In this document: positions 28,628-37,613 of the stretch, piece after piece
How positions within the stretch are numbered: position 1 is the stretch's first letter
How the letters are laid out: the number at the start of each line of letters is the position of its first letter
Virus record (IMG/VR): IMGVR_UViG_3300036792_000267
Coordinates: 32,001-96,000 of that record
Origin: a virus
Length of the DNA: 64,000 nt
Strand: one strand, 5' to 3'
Program-made: the position numbers and the translations under genes
The notes under the pieces: model-generated
The model's database searches: none
What the model was told of the DNA's origin: nothing
What the model saw: the letters and a program-made list of their open reading frames with translations, nothing else

Positions 28628-28778
28628 CTAGCCTGGTTCCTGTGAAGACTCTGGCCTGGCTCCTCGATGAAGCCCTGGACCGGCTCCCGTGCCGCGAGGA
28701 CGGCCGGTGGCGCTGGTACGGCGAGTGGGGCTGCCGACTGGAGAACAGGTTTCCTGTCCTGCGCGAGTGGATGTACGA

Positions 28779-28852
28779 GCGCCGGTAGCTCAGCCGGATA
28801 GAGCGGCTTCCTTCTAAGAAGACGGCCGGGGGTTCGAATCCCTCCCGGCGCG
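28779..28852 (+). tRNA. tRNA-Arg(TCT)
   Basis: Loop CT TCT AA. Confidence 0.88.
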
Positions 28853-28863
28853 CGCATGAACAT

Positions 28864-28941
28864 GGTCTTGCAGAGCAGTCCGGAGTGCTCGCCTGCCCCT
28901 CAAGCAGGAGATCGTCGGTTCGAATCCGTCCAGGACCACCA
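28864..28941 (+). tRNA. tRNA-Glu(CTC)
   Basis: Loop CC CTC AA (C33); C8; encoded CCA. Confidence 0.8.
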
Positions 28942-28942
28942 A

Positions 28943-29016
28943 GCCCCCGTCGACTAGCGGCCTAAGTTACCGCCCCTTCAAGGCGGCGGACACCGGTTCG
29001 AATCCGGTTGGGGGCA
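28943..29016 (+). tRNA. tRNA-Glu(TTC)
   Basis: Loop CC TTC AA (C33). Confidence 0.85.
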
Positions 29017-29050
29017 CGTGGGCATCAGGATTTATCCTGGTGTCCTTCGA

Positions 29051-29126
29051 CGCGGAGTAGGGGAGTTCGGTCGTCCCCGCGGCGCCCATAACGCCGAGAT
29101 CGCGGGTCCGAATCCCGCCTCCGCCA
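29051..29126 (+). tRNA. tRNA-Met(CAT), initiator-like
   Basis: C1:C72 mismatch; loop CC CAT AA (C33). Confidence 0.82.
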
Positions 29127-29230
29127 CGGGAAGGAACTGCCCAGCTCCCTTGCATCCGGATGCATCGGCACGCGCGGCTGGCGTTCCGGCACAGCGGCCC
29201 GGCCCCGGTCGTTCCCAAACGGGGCCTCTA

Positions 29231-29303
29231 TCCGGTGTGGCGCAATCGGCAGCGCAACTGACTGTTAATCAGAGGGTTCCCGGTCCGAGTCCGGGCACCG
29301 GAG
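29231..29303 (+). tRNA. tRNA-Asn(GTT)
   Basis: Loop CT GTT AA. Confidence 0.88.
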
Positions 29304-29412
29304 CGCGTGGGCCTGGGGCCTGCGGGATACAGCCTGGTCCGCGGCCGGGCCCGGGTCCCGTTGGGCGGAGAAGCAGCCATACCCAGGGAAGCGGGGGTGC
29401 CCCGCACATCAT

Positions 29413-29487
29413 GGTGACGTAACTCAGCATGGCCAGAGTGCTGCCTTGTCACGGCAGAAGTCGCGGGTTCAAATCCCGTCGTTACCG
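29413..29487 (+). tRNA. tRNA-Asp(GTC)
   Basis: Loop TT GTC AC. Confidence 0.9.
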
Positions 29488-29831
29488 CGTGCCCCGTCGT
29501 CGCACGATGACCGTGCAGGCCAGGGCGAACAGCGCTAGCAGGCCGATGACTGGCCATGTTAGCCAGTGCAGCCCGGCCGCCTTCAGCAGGTCATCAAGGA
29601 TGAAGCCGAGCGCGACGCCGACCAGGATGAACAGCATCGTTAGCCGAGCCCGGCGCGACGCCGCCGCTCGGCGTGCTCGAAGTCACGGATGCGCCGGATG
29701 GCGAGGTGGCCGCCGAACTTGAGGCCGGTCGCGATGCCAGCGCCGAAGACGGCTAGCAGCAAGATGAAAGTGCCCACGTGATTAAACGGTACGTCACCCC
29801 CTGGTCTCTTTACCAGGGGCAAGCAAGACAT

Positions 29832-29905
29832 GGCCGTGTAGCTCAGCAGGCTAGAGCGTTTCCATGACACGGAAGAGGTCCCTGGTTCAAGTCCAGGTAC
29901 GGCCA
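29832..29905 (+). tRNA. tRNA-Val(GAC)
   Basis: Loop AT GAC AC. Confidence 0.88.
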
Positions 29906-29906
29906 C

Positions 29907-29979
29907 GCGCGCGTAGCTCAACGGATAGAGCTGCAGTCTACGGAACTGTGTGTTGGAGGTTCGAGTCCTCTCGTGCGCA
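29907..29979 (+). tRNA. tRNA-Arg(ACG)
   Basis: Loop CT ACG GA. Confidence 0.9.
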
Positions 29980-30039
29980 CTGGACGGCAGGTGAGCAGGC
30001 TGACACCGCCTTCGGGCTCAGCCCCCTGCCGTCTTTCAA

Positions 30040-30113
30040 GTCCGGTTAGCTCAGCCTGGGAGAGCGCTGCCTCCACACGGCAGGCGTCGGGGGTTCAAAT
30101 CCCTCACTGGACA
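30040..30113 (+). tRNA. tRNA-Val(CAC)
   Basis: Loop TC CAC AC (C33). Confidence 0.85.
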
Positions 30114-30114
30114 C

Positions 30115-30190
30115 GGTGGGATTTGCCGTCGAGGGAAGGCGCAGGGTTGTGGTCCCTGCAAGGCGGGTCCGACTCCCGTATCTCACCCCA
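30115..30190 (+). tRNA. tRNA-His(GTG)
   Basis: Loop TT GTG GT; G-1; encoded CCA. Confidence 0.82.
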
Positions 30191-30191
30191 A

Positions 30192-30271
30192 AGCGACAGT
30201 GGGCGGCGGCACGCCCAGCGGCCTGTAAAGCCGTGGCCTTGGCAGACCTGGGTCGGCACCAGGTGTCGCTA
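30192..30271 (+). tRNA. tRNA-Tyr(GTA), atypical
   Basis: Loop CT GTA AA; intact acceptor stem; aberrant D and T loops. Confidence 0.7.
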
Positions 30272-30364
30272 CGTTAAGGTTTTCCCGAGAAAAGGAGAGC
30301 CTATGCCCAGGTACACGATTCCCTGCGTCGCCCACTGTGAAAGCGGGGCATTAACGCAGGTCTT

Positions 30365-30438
30365 GCGCTCGTAGCTCAGTGGACAGAGCACCGGCTTCCG
30401 GAGCCGGGTTGTCGGAGGTTCGAGTCCTCTCGGGCGCG
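30365..30438 (+). tRNA. tRNA-Arg(CCG)
   Basis: Loop TT CCG GA. Confidence 0.9.
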
Positions 30439-30442
30439 CTAT

Positions 30443-30519
30443 GGCGGTATGGCCGAGTGCGGTTCAGGCACACGTCTGCAAAACGTGGTACCCGGGTTCG
30501 ACCCCCGGTACCGCCTCCA
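30443..30519 (+). tRNA. tRNA-Cys(GCA)
   Basis: Loop CT GCA AA; U73; encoded CCA. Confidence 0.88.
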
Positions 30520-30520
30520 T

Positions 30521-30594
30521 GACCCTGTAGCTCAGCTGGACAGAGCTGCTTCCCCCTAAGGAGCGAGTCGCTGGTTCGAGTCCAGCCAGGGCCA
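30521..30594 (+). tRNA. tRNA-Arg(CCT)
   Basis: Loop CC CCT AA (C33). Confidence 0.82.
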
Positions 30595-30903
30595 CGTACG
30601 CCGGTGCTCACGCTGTGGCAGTTCCGAGGTCCAATTACTCCCCGTCGTCCCCTGGGACTGGCGGGGATTTTCCTTGTGCTTATGGTGTAAGGCAGGAGGC
30701 CGGGTACGTGACTCGGCTTCGCGGATCGAGAACGGAACCGGCCTCCTGCCCCATCAGAGTACATTCGCCTCATTGTCCCGGTTCATCCCGTAGCCCGGGT
30801 TTGGTCACGGTTCAGTTAACTTGTGGCAAGAAACACGGTTCCTGCGCCATAGTGGACTGTTTCCCCGCGGTCAGCGCGGGGGTTGGAGTGAGGGGAACGC
30901 TCT

Positions 30904-31848
30904 ATGAAGTTTGGCAGGCGGCTTGCTGCCGCCGTAGTTGTGCCTTTTCTCGCGCTGGGGGGCGGCCTGGCCGCTGCCGGGGTCGCGAGCGCCGCGCCCG
31001 TCCCGACCGGCTACACGGCCTGGATCGGCCATGACCAGGTTGAGGTTTCCAGCCTCGGGGTGAACGCCGCCGCTGCCGTCAACGCCGCCGGCACGCTGAG
31101 CCTGACGGTGGGCTCGCCGAGCGCGAGCACCTACGCCCAGGCCGTGGTTGACCTTCCGGCAGGTAGCGTCCTGTCGCACTTCGCGCCGGAGTTCGTGACC
31201 GACAACTACAACGCGGGCTCCCCGCGGTGGGTCATCGAGTTGGCCAACGGCAAGAACCTGTTCGGCTACCCGGCGCAGGAGGGCGGCCAGTGGGAGGAGA
31301 GCTGGAGCGGCGCCCCGCACCTTTACACCAGCTACAACCAGGCGGTGACTGACGCCGGCGGGTACGGCCAGGTGGTGAAGAGCGCGTTCATCGTGGCGGA
31401 CGGCGACCAGGCGCCGGGCACAACCGACACCATCTCGCATGTCAGCTACGGCGGCACGGACCTGACGGTGAAGCCGGTTTACGCGCCGGTGCCGCGCCTG
31501 TCCCACGGCCACGCGGTGGCCACTGCGGCGACGAGCGAGGAAGTGCTGTTCACCCTGTCCGGGGCCCCGAGCTGGGTCCGGTTCTACATCGTGGGGCCGG
31601 GAGCCATCAACGGTCACGTCGGCTGGGTGAACGCCCAGCTCGGGGTGAACATCGGCTACTACTTCGGCCTTGAGGCGCACCACGGCTACGCGGTCTACTA
31701 CCAGCCGGTGGTTGCCCAGGGCAGCGCGGTGCCGGTCCCCGGTTCGCACATGGGCTACGTGTACTTCGTCAGCGGCGCCAACGTCGGCGCGACTGCGGCT
31801 TACACCGGCCCGTCCTCGATCGCCGGGATGTACCGCCTGGCTGCGTAG
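30904..31848 (+). CDS. Secreted beta-rich protein
   Basis: Sec signal peptide ending ASA-AP. Confidence 0.7.
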   Translation: MKFGRRLAAAVVVPFLALGGGLAAAGVASAAPVPTGYTAWIGHDQVEVSSLGVNAAAAVNAAGTLSLTVGSPSASTYAQAVVDLPAGSVLSHFAPEFVTDNYNAGSPRWVIELANGKNLFGYPAQEGGQWEESWSGAPHLYTSYNQAVTDAGGYGQVVKSAFIVADGDQAPGTTDTISHVSYGGTDLTVKPVYAPVPRLSHGHAVATAATSEEVLFTLSGAPSWVRFYIVGPGAINGHVGWVNAQLGVNIGYYFGLEAHHGYAVYYQPVVAQGSAVPVPGSHMGYVYFVSGANVGATAAYTGPSSIAGMYRLAA

Positions 31849-31877
31849 CAGGAGACCCACAACCGCATAAACAACCA

Positions 31878-31915
31878 GCAGAGCCCCCGGCCCACCCCCG
31901 GGGGCTCTGCGTTTT
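31878..31915 (+). terminator. Intrinsic terminator
   Basis: GCAGAGCCCCCGG / CCGGGGGCTCTGC hairpin + GTTTT. Confidence 0.8.
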
Positions 31916-31929
31916 CCGATTGCCCGTGC

Positions 31930-32229
31930 ATGCGCCTTCAGGGAATGTGGCACGAGTTCATGGCCGACGCCGGCAATGCGCCGGGCCAGCAGCAGGGAGA
32001 CGTCATCGTCACCCTGATGGAGCCGGTCGGCGGGGTTCAGGAGGTCACCGTGCCGAGTGGTGACGTGACCGTCGCGGCCGAGGCCGGCAACCTCATCGGC
32101 GTGCAGCTCAAGACCCCGGACGGGCGGCACCTGTTCATCAGTGCCGCCAACCTCGCCGGGATGATCGACGCCCCGGCCAGCGAGGACAAGGACAAGCCCG
32201 CACGGCCCCCCAGGCAGCCAGGGAAGTAA
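31930..32229 (+). CDS. Hypothetical protein
   Basis: CCGATT-N8-ATG; 99 aa. Confidence 0.6.
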   Translation: MRLQGMWHEFMADAGNAPGQQQGDVIVTLMEPVGGVQEVTVPSGDVTVAAEAGNLIGVQLKTPDGRHLFISAANLAGMIDAPASEDKDKPARPPRQPGK

Positions 32230-32248
32230 GCCCCCCGATTAAGGGGTC

Positions 32249-33853
32249 ATGACTACACCAGGCGGCGGCCAGGGCTCCTACAGCGCCAGCGTGCAGCCGC
32301 CTGGTGGCATGGGGGTCAGCAGCCAGGGTTACGGCCAGGAGGGCTACGTCCTTCAGGATGAGCAGTCGCTCGTCCGGCCGCCTGACGAGGCGCTTAACTT
32401 CGCCACCGGCGTCCCGTATTTTCTACCCTTCGCAACCCCGTACCGGGATTCGTGGGAAGTCTTCCGCGACGACCCGGTGTCGATCCGCCAGCTGGTCACC
32501 ATGCGCCGCCGCGACGGCCAGGCCAGGGCGCTGTACCGGCTGCTGACCAAGCCCCTGCTGAGCGCGATGAAGAACGCCGACGTGGTGCCTGCCGACGGCG
32601 TGGTGGGCGGGGTCGAGGAAGCGCAGTTCTGCAAGGACCTGCTGTTCGCGCCGCGGGCGCAGGGCGGGATGACGCACAGCTTCGACAAGTTCGTCAAGCA
32701 GATGCTGCTCGCGCTGTTCAACGGGTTCAGCGCCTGGGAGATGGTCTACTGGCGGCCGAAGACGGGGCCGAACAAGGGCAAGTGGACGCTGCGGAAGATC
32801 GACTGGCGGCCGAGTGAGACGCTGACGTTCCTCCTTGACGGCCAGGGCGAGTTCAACGGCTTCCGGCAGCGCACGTTCTTCCAGGGCCGCACCATTGACG
32901 TCAAGATCGAGAAAGAAACTGCGCTGTACTACGCGCACGAGGAAGCCGAACGCCCGTTCTACGGCGTATCGATGTTCGAAAGCGCCTTTTACCACTACGA
33001 CAAGAAGGAAAAGCTCTACTATATCGCGCACCTGGCTGCGCAAAGGGCCGCCGTGGGACTGCGCGTGGGCACGATGGTGCCGAATGCCGCAGCGGAAGAC
33101 AAGAACAACTTCATCCGCGCGCTTGCTCAGCTGGGGCTCGCGCAGTACATCGCGCTGCCCACCGCCGACTGGACGGTGCAGACGCTCAACGAGGCTGCGG
33201 CCCGCTTTGACTTCCTCGGGTTGATCAACCACCACAATTCGCAGATGTCAAAGAGCGTTCTCGCTCAGTGGTTCGACAATGAGCAGGGCGGCGGCCAGGG
33301 GGATAGCACACTGGTCGACTTCGGGAAGCAAGACGACGTGACCTATTTCCTCATGCTGGAAGGCATCCTGGAGGAAATGGCACAGGTCGTCACCGACCAC
33401 ATCTTCCCGCGCTTTGTCGACTGGAATTTCGGGTCGGGCAAGTACCCGCAGTTCAAGTGGGGCCCGCTGACCGAGGAGGCCAAGAGCGCGATCAAGGACG
33501 CGTTCCTCCAGCTGGCCGTTGCCGGCCAGCAGGCGAACGTCACGCCGGAGTTCATGCTGGCGCTGGAGCAGCGGGAGGCCACTGACTTCGGGTTCGACAT
33601 CGACTACGACAAGATCAAGGCCGAGCGCGAGAAGCAGCAGAAGCAGCTGCTTGACCAGCAGAAGAAGCAGGCGCAGCAGGCCCAGCAGCAGGCGCAGAAC
33701 CCGGTGCAGGCTGGGAAGGGCGGGTCGCAGCAGCAGCCGGTGGTGCACATCAAGGTGCCGGTCGGCTCGCAGACCTCGGCCACCGGCACGTCGGCGTCCT
33801 CTGGCGGCAGCGCGGTTGGCCAGACCACCAAGGGGAACGGGCTGGGCGGGTGA
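32249..33853 (+). CDS. Portal protein (Mu gp29/DUF935-like)
   Basis: GFSAWEMVY, PFYGVS, V.WNFG..YP.F; position in head module. Confidence 0.85.
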   Translation: MTTPGGGQGSYSASVQPPGGMGVSSQGYGQEGYVLQDEQSLVRPPDEALNFATGVPYFLPFATPYRDSWEVFRDDPVSIRQLVTMRRRDGQARALYRLLTKPLLSAMKNADVVPADGVVGGVEEAQFCKDLLFAPRAQGGMTHSFDKFVKQMLLALFNGFSAWEMVYWRPKTGPNKGKWTLRKIDWRPSETLTFLLDGQGEFNGFRQRTFFQGRTIDVKIEKETALYYAHEEAERPFYGVSMFESAFYHYDKKEKLYYIAHLAAQRAAVGLRVGTMVPNAAAEDKNNFIRALAQLGLAQYIALPTADWTVQTLNEAAARFDFLGLINHHNSQMSKSVLAQWFDNEQGGGQGDSTLVDFGKQDDVTYFLMLEGILEEMAQVVTDHIFPRFVDWNFGSGKYPQFKWGPLTEEAKSAIKDAFLQLAVAGQQANVTPEFMLALEQREATDFGFDIDYDKIKAEREKQQKQLLDQQKKQAQQAQQQAQNPVQAGKGGSQQQPVVHIKVPVGSQTSATGTSASSGGSAVGQTTKGNGLGG

Positions 33854-34155
33854 GCGCGCACGATGCCATGGTGGCGCTCGCCCGCGACCTTATCGAGGAG
33901 ATTGCCGCCGGGCGCGCGGTCGAGCTGGCGGCCGGCATGGGGGTTCCCGGCCAGCCAGCCGCCCCCGACCCGTCGCTGCTGCCGAAGACCGCGCCGACGG
34001 GAGCCGCCGCCGTGTACCCGCAGCTCGGCCAGGCCCTGGTGACCCGGCCGGGCGACACCATCTCCGGGCTCGCCTACACGCACCTCACGCCTAACCCGCC
34101 ACCCGGTCAGCCCGGTCAGCCGCCGCGACCGGGGCAGCCGATTGCCGGGCAGTGA
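33850..34155 (+). CDS. Pro-rich hypothetical protein
   Basis: GTGA-coupled to portal. Confidence 0.55.
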   Translation: MSAHDAMVALARDLIEEIAAGRAVELAAGMGVPGQPAAPDPSLLPKTAPTGAAAVYPQLGQALVTRPGDTISGLAYTHLTPNPPPGQPGQPPRPGQPIAGQ

Positions 34156-34631
34156 GCGACGCCCGGCAGATGCAACAGACCGCCCCGTACCCTGATGAGC
34201 TGGCCTGCCTGGTTGAGTGCTTGTGCTACCGACGGCACCTGGGCTGGAGCGTGTGGCTGGAAGACGACTGCGTACGCGACCCGGCCTCAACGCACAGGGG
34301 GGAGTCGCGTGGCCTGACGCTGGTGGTGCAGCGGTGCGGGCCCAACACTTACCACCCCGAGCACATGATGACGGTTAACCACTACTTCCCGGTGCCACCC
34401 GCCTCTTACAAGCTCGCGTCGTGGCAGAGGTGGCTGTTCGACCGGCTGGGTGACGTGGACACCCATGAGCGCATGGAGGACTTCGCGGTTGCCGACCACC
34501 CTGGCAGCGCGAACATGACTCGTCCGTACAAGCCCAACCACGGCCCAGGTGAAGACCCGTATCGCGTGTGCGAGTTCACCACTGACGAGGCGCGGCGCAC
34601 GTCGTTCCGCGGGGACCTGAACCCCGAGTAG
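34152..34631 (+). CDS. Hypothetical protein
   Basis: GTGA-coupled, 159 aa. Confidence 0.55.
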   Translation: MSDARQMQQTAPYPDELACLVECLCYRRHLGWSVWLEDDCVRDPASTHRGESRGLTLVVQRCGPNTYHPEHMMTVNHYFPVPPASYKLASWQRWLFDRLGDVDTHERMEDFAVADHPGSANMTRPYKPNHGPGEDPYRVCEFTTDEARRTSFRGDLNPE

Positions 34632-34632
34632 C

Positions 34633-35640
34633 GTGGCCTCGCTCGGGCAGGAGCTTGCCTCCGCTGTCCGCCAGTCGGTTGCCGAGGCGGCCGGCTACCT
34701 GGCGCTGGTCACCCGCAACAACCCCACGGGGACGGCCGAGGACCTGCTGCGCCGGCCTGACACTGACGCGGTGCTGCAGCAGGCCCTGGACGAGGCACGG
34801 GAGTCGGCCAGGGAAGTAGTCCAGCAGGCGTGGTACTCCGCAGGGGGCGTGACCGGCGAAGACGAGACGCTGGGTCACCTGCTGGACGATATCGGCCGGA
34901 TTTTCGGGAACCTAGCCCACCTGCGCGGCCTGGTACGGCACGCGCACGCGTCGGTTCCCCGGCGCCCGTTCACCCGCGGCGTGCACGCTCCAGGCGAGCA
35001 CCCGGACCAGCGCGCGGCCGAGGAGCGCGGTGACGCGGTGCGGGACGCGCTGCTTAACTGGGGCCGCCAGGCCGCGCTCCGTGCCCGGATGGCGGCGCAC
35101 ATGGCCGAGGGCACTGGGGCTGCCGCCGCGGTCCTGGCTGACGCGATCGAGCGCGAAGCCCAGGGGGAAAAGCTGCGCAAGCGGTGGCGGGCGCATACTG
35201 AGAGCCCGACATGCTGTCACTGGTGCCGCAAGCTGAACGGGGTGACGATTGGCCTGCGCGAGAGTTTCGCCCCGTTCCTGGGCGGCCCGGCCGTCATGCC
35301 GCAGTCGCGGCAGCGCCACGTGGCCTCCCCGGCCGGGGAGCGGAGGTACGGGCTGCCGGCAGGCGCCAGGATCGTCCTCACGCACCCGCCGCGCCCGTAC
35401 CACGGTAGGCTTCAGGGGCCGTTGCTCCATCCTTTCTGCAGGTGCTGGCTGGAAATCGTACGTACTGGCGACAAAGGTGACGTATCTCCTGATAGCGGGC
35501 CGGCCTCGGCCGGGTTCATCTCCGCGGATGACGTACGGGACATGCCCGAAGACGAGTACCAGGCCGACCTCGCGTTCATGGAGGCTGCCGTCCACGAGCT
35601 TGACCAAATGCTGAAAAGACTGGCTGAGGGCGGTGGCTGA
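34633..35640 (+). CDS. MuF/SPP1 gp7-like minor head protein
   Basis: KRW..TCCHWCRKLNG ... PLLHPFCRC. Confidence 0.75.
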   Translation: MASLGQELASAVRQSVAEAAGYLALVTRNNPTGTAEDLLRRPDTDAVLQQALDEARESAREVVQQAWYSAGGVTGEDETLGHLLDDIGRIFGNLAHLRGLVRHAHASVPRRPFTRGVHAPGEHPDQRAAEERGDAVRDALLNWGRQAALRARMAAHMAEGTGAAAAVLADAIEREAQGEKLRKRWRAHTESPTCCHWCRKLNGVTIGLRESFAPFLGGPAVMPQSRQRHVASPAGERRYGLPAGARIVLTHPPRPYHGRLQGPLLHPFCRCWLEIVRTGDKGDVSPDSGPASAGFISADDVRDMPEDEYQADLAFMEAAVHELDQMLKRLAEGGG

Positions 35641-35866
35641 CAAGACACGCCAGTGGTTCGCGGACAGCAACGTCTCCTATGCCCTCGGGGTTCTCGCCTT
35701 GTTCGAGCACGCCCGCGAGCACCGGGTGCACTACATCTACGGGCCGCTCGACCTTCACTCCATGACCGACGGCGGGCTGACGGTCTCCGGCACCGAGCAA
35801 GAGCTTGAGCAGGCTGCCGCGGTGCTTGGCAACGTGCCCGGCCTGGTGGAGTACCAGCCCGATTAG
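35633..35866 (+). CDS. Hypothetical protein
   Basis: 77 aa, coupled to upstream gene. Confidence 0.5.
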   Translation: MADKTRQWFADSNVSYALGVLALFEHAREHRVHYIYGPLDLHSMTDGGLTVSGTEQELEQAAAVLGNVPGLVEYQPD

Positions 35867-35872
35867 CCGCAT

Positions 35873-36214
35873 GTGAGCGAATGGACGACCCGCGGCGAAG
35901 GCGAGTGGGCGGTGCGCGAGGAGCCTGCACCGGAAGAGGAAAGCAGCCCCCAGGCCGGCGCTGGCCCGGAGACTGCTGACATTGACGAGGACGCGGCCCC
36001 TGACGCTGACGGGTTACGAGGCGAAGGCGCGCGGGTCCTGGTTAACGAGCAGCCAGAACGTGGTTTCGCTGGCGGTTACCTCGGCTGGCTTGCTTCCGAT
36101 CCCTGTGCCGTTAGGGCCGCCGCCGTTTGCGAAGGACTTGTCCACTTGCCGTTCTCCTGCCGTAGAAATTTGCACGGTTCGCTGCAACGGAACTTATCCT
36201 GCACAGAACGCTAG
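35873..36214 (+). CDS. Acidic hypothetical protein running into a TTA-rich segment (true end uncertain)
   Basis: CCGATT-N8-GTG; codon usage changes at GGG TTA 36011. Confidence 0.45.
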   Translation: MSEWTTRGEGEWAVREEPAPEEESSPQAGAGPETADIDEDAAPDADGLRGEGARVLVNEQPERGFAGGYLGWLASDPCAVRAAAVCEGLVHLPFSCRRNLHGSLQRNLSCTER

Positions 36215-36233
36215 ACCCAAGTCAAGAGGAAGC

Positions 36234-36458
36234 ATGATCGCCAAGCTGAACGGGGACGTGCCGGGGGAAATCGCCGAGATCGCCGGGCATCTGCAGGCAG
36301 CCGGGCTGGATGACGCGGCGGCCAGGGTGCGCGAGGCCGCGGAGCTGGCCGGCACTGACCCCGGGCAGGCGCAGGACATCCTGCGGGAAGCCTCTGACGC
36401 CCTCATGGCGCAGGTGCCCGCCTACAGCCACCGGCGCAAGGTCCCTTCATCCGATTAG
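36234..36458 (+). CDS. Small helical hypothetical protein
   Basis: AGAGGA RBS + ATG 36234. Confidence 0.55.
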   Translation: MIAKLNGDVPGEIAEIAGHLQAAGLDDAAARVREAAELAGTDPGQAQDILREASDALMAQVPAYSHRRKVPSSD

Positions 36459-36464
36459 GGGTGC

Positions 36465-37583
36465 ATGGCCGATGACCTGCGCTACATCGTGCCGGCCCCC
36501 GGTGGCGACACCTACGAGCCGGTCGCCGACGTCCCGGTAGCCCTCGCCCGTTCCCGCCGGGTCCAGGGGAAGCTGTTCGAGAAGCACATTCTCAACAAGG
36601 GCCCGCTGCTGCACCCGAAAACCGGCAAGGTCATCAACGTCGATGACGCGTTCGTCGCGACGATGCAGGCCAACTTCACCAAGGGCTACTGCGACATCGT
36701 GCAGCTCCCGCTCGCCAACGACCAGAACGAGCACGTGGAGGGCCCGGCCGCCAACCTGGGCGAGGTGGTCGGCATCAAGGAGCGCGGTGGCAAGGTCTAC
36801 GCGCTGGTAGACGCCCGCCAGGACGCCGACAAGTTCGGCAAGACCTACCTGGGCGCGAGCGCGTTCCTGTCGACCAACTACACCGACTCGGCCACCGGCA
36901 ACAAGGTGGGGCCGACGCTGCTTCACGTGGCGGTCACCAACCGGCCTTACGTCACCGGACTGGACGACTACAAGGAAGTCCTGGCCGCGTCAGCCGATAG
37001 CACGGGAGAAGTCGTCGTACTCACAGCCGTGCCGGAGGAAACCGTGCCGATGACCAGGGAAGAGCTGCTTGCCGCTCTGAAGAACGAGCACGGCATCGAC
37101 GTTGCCGCCCTGCAGGCGTCCGCTGCCGCGCCGCCCGCGCCGGACACCGCCGGGCTGACCGCCTCGGTGGTCCAGGCGCTGAAGGACGGCGGGTACGTGT
37201 CGCTGACCGTCGACCCGGGCCAGGTGAGCCTGGGCGACGTGACCGCCGCGGTGGTGGAGCTGGCCGCCGACAACAAGGGCCTGCGCGGCGAGGTGGACGA
37301 GCTGAAGCTGGCTGCCGCCACGACCGAGGTGGACAGCTACATCGGTACCGGGCGGCTGCTCCCGAAGGCGAAGAACGTGGCCATCCAGATGGCGCTGTCC
37401 AACCGCGACGGGCTGGACGCCATCCTCGCCCCCGCTGACCGCCCGTACGTGAAGCTCGACCAGCAGGTGGGGCTGTCCGGCCCGGACGGCGAGCAGCGGC
37501 AGGAGCAGGACATCGACGCCGAGGTGATGCGCCTGGCGGCGCAGCACAAGGAGTTCTTCACGCCGGACGGCACCCGGAACTAG
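36465..37583 (+). CDS. Capsid maturation protease-scaffold (Mu I-like) with nested scaffold start at 37044/37050
   Basis: YLGASAFL, LLHVAVTNRPYV; coiled-coil C-terminus; internal CCGATA, GGAGG and in-frame start. Confidence 0.8.
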   Translation: MADDLRYIVPAPGGDTYEPVADVPVALARSRRVQGKLFEKHILNKGPLLHPKTGKVINVDDAFVATMQANFTKGYCDIVQLPLANDQNEHVEGPAANLGEVVGIKERGGKVYALVDARQDADKFGKTYLGASAFLSTNYTDSATGNKVGPTLLHVAVTNRPYVTGLDDYKEVLAASADSTGEVVVLTAVPEETVPMTREELLAALKNEHGIDVAALQASAAAPPAPDTAGLTASVVQALKDGGYVSLTVDPGQVSLGDVTAAVVELAADNKGLRGEVDELKLAAATTEVDSYIGTGRLLPKAKNVAIQMALSNRDGLDAILAPADRPYVKLDQQVGLSGPDGEQRQEQDIDAEVMRLAAQHKEFFTPDGTRN

Positions 37584-37613
37584 CCGGGTTTTTCACCACG
37601 AGGAGCGCGGCAG

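Noticed and set aside
23860-30900. Most ORF-track ORFs across the tRNA cluster; tmRNA or RNase P RNA
   Set aside because: The ORFs overlap tRNAs; no tmRNA ends or RNase P P4 motif recognised.
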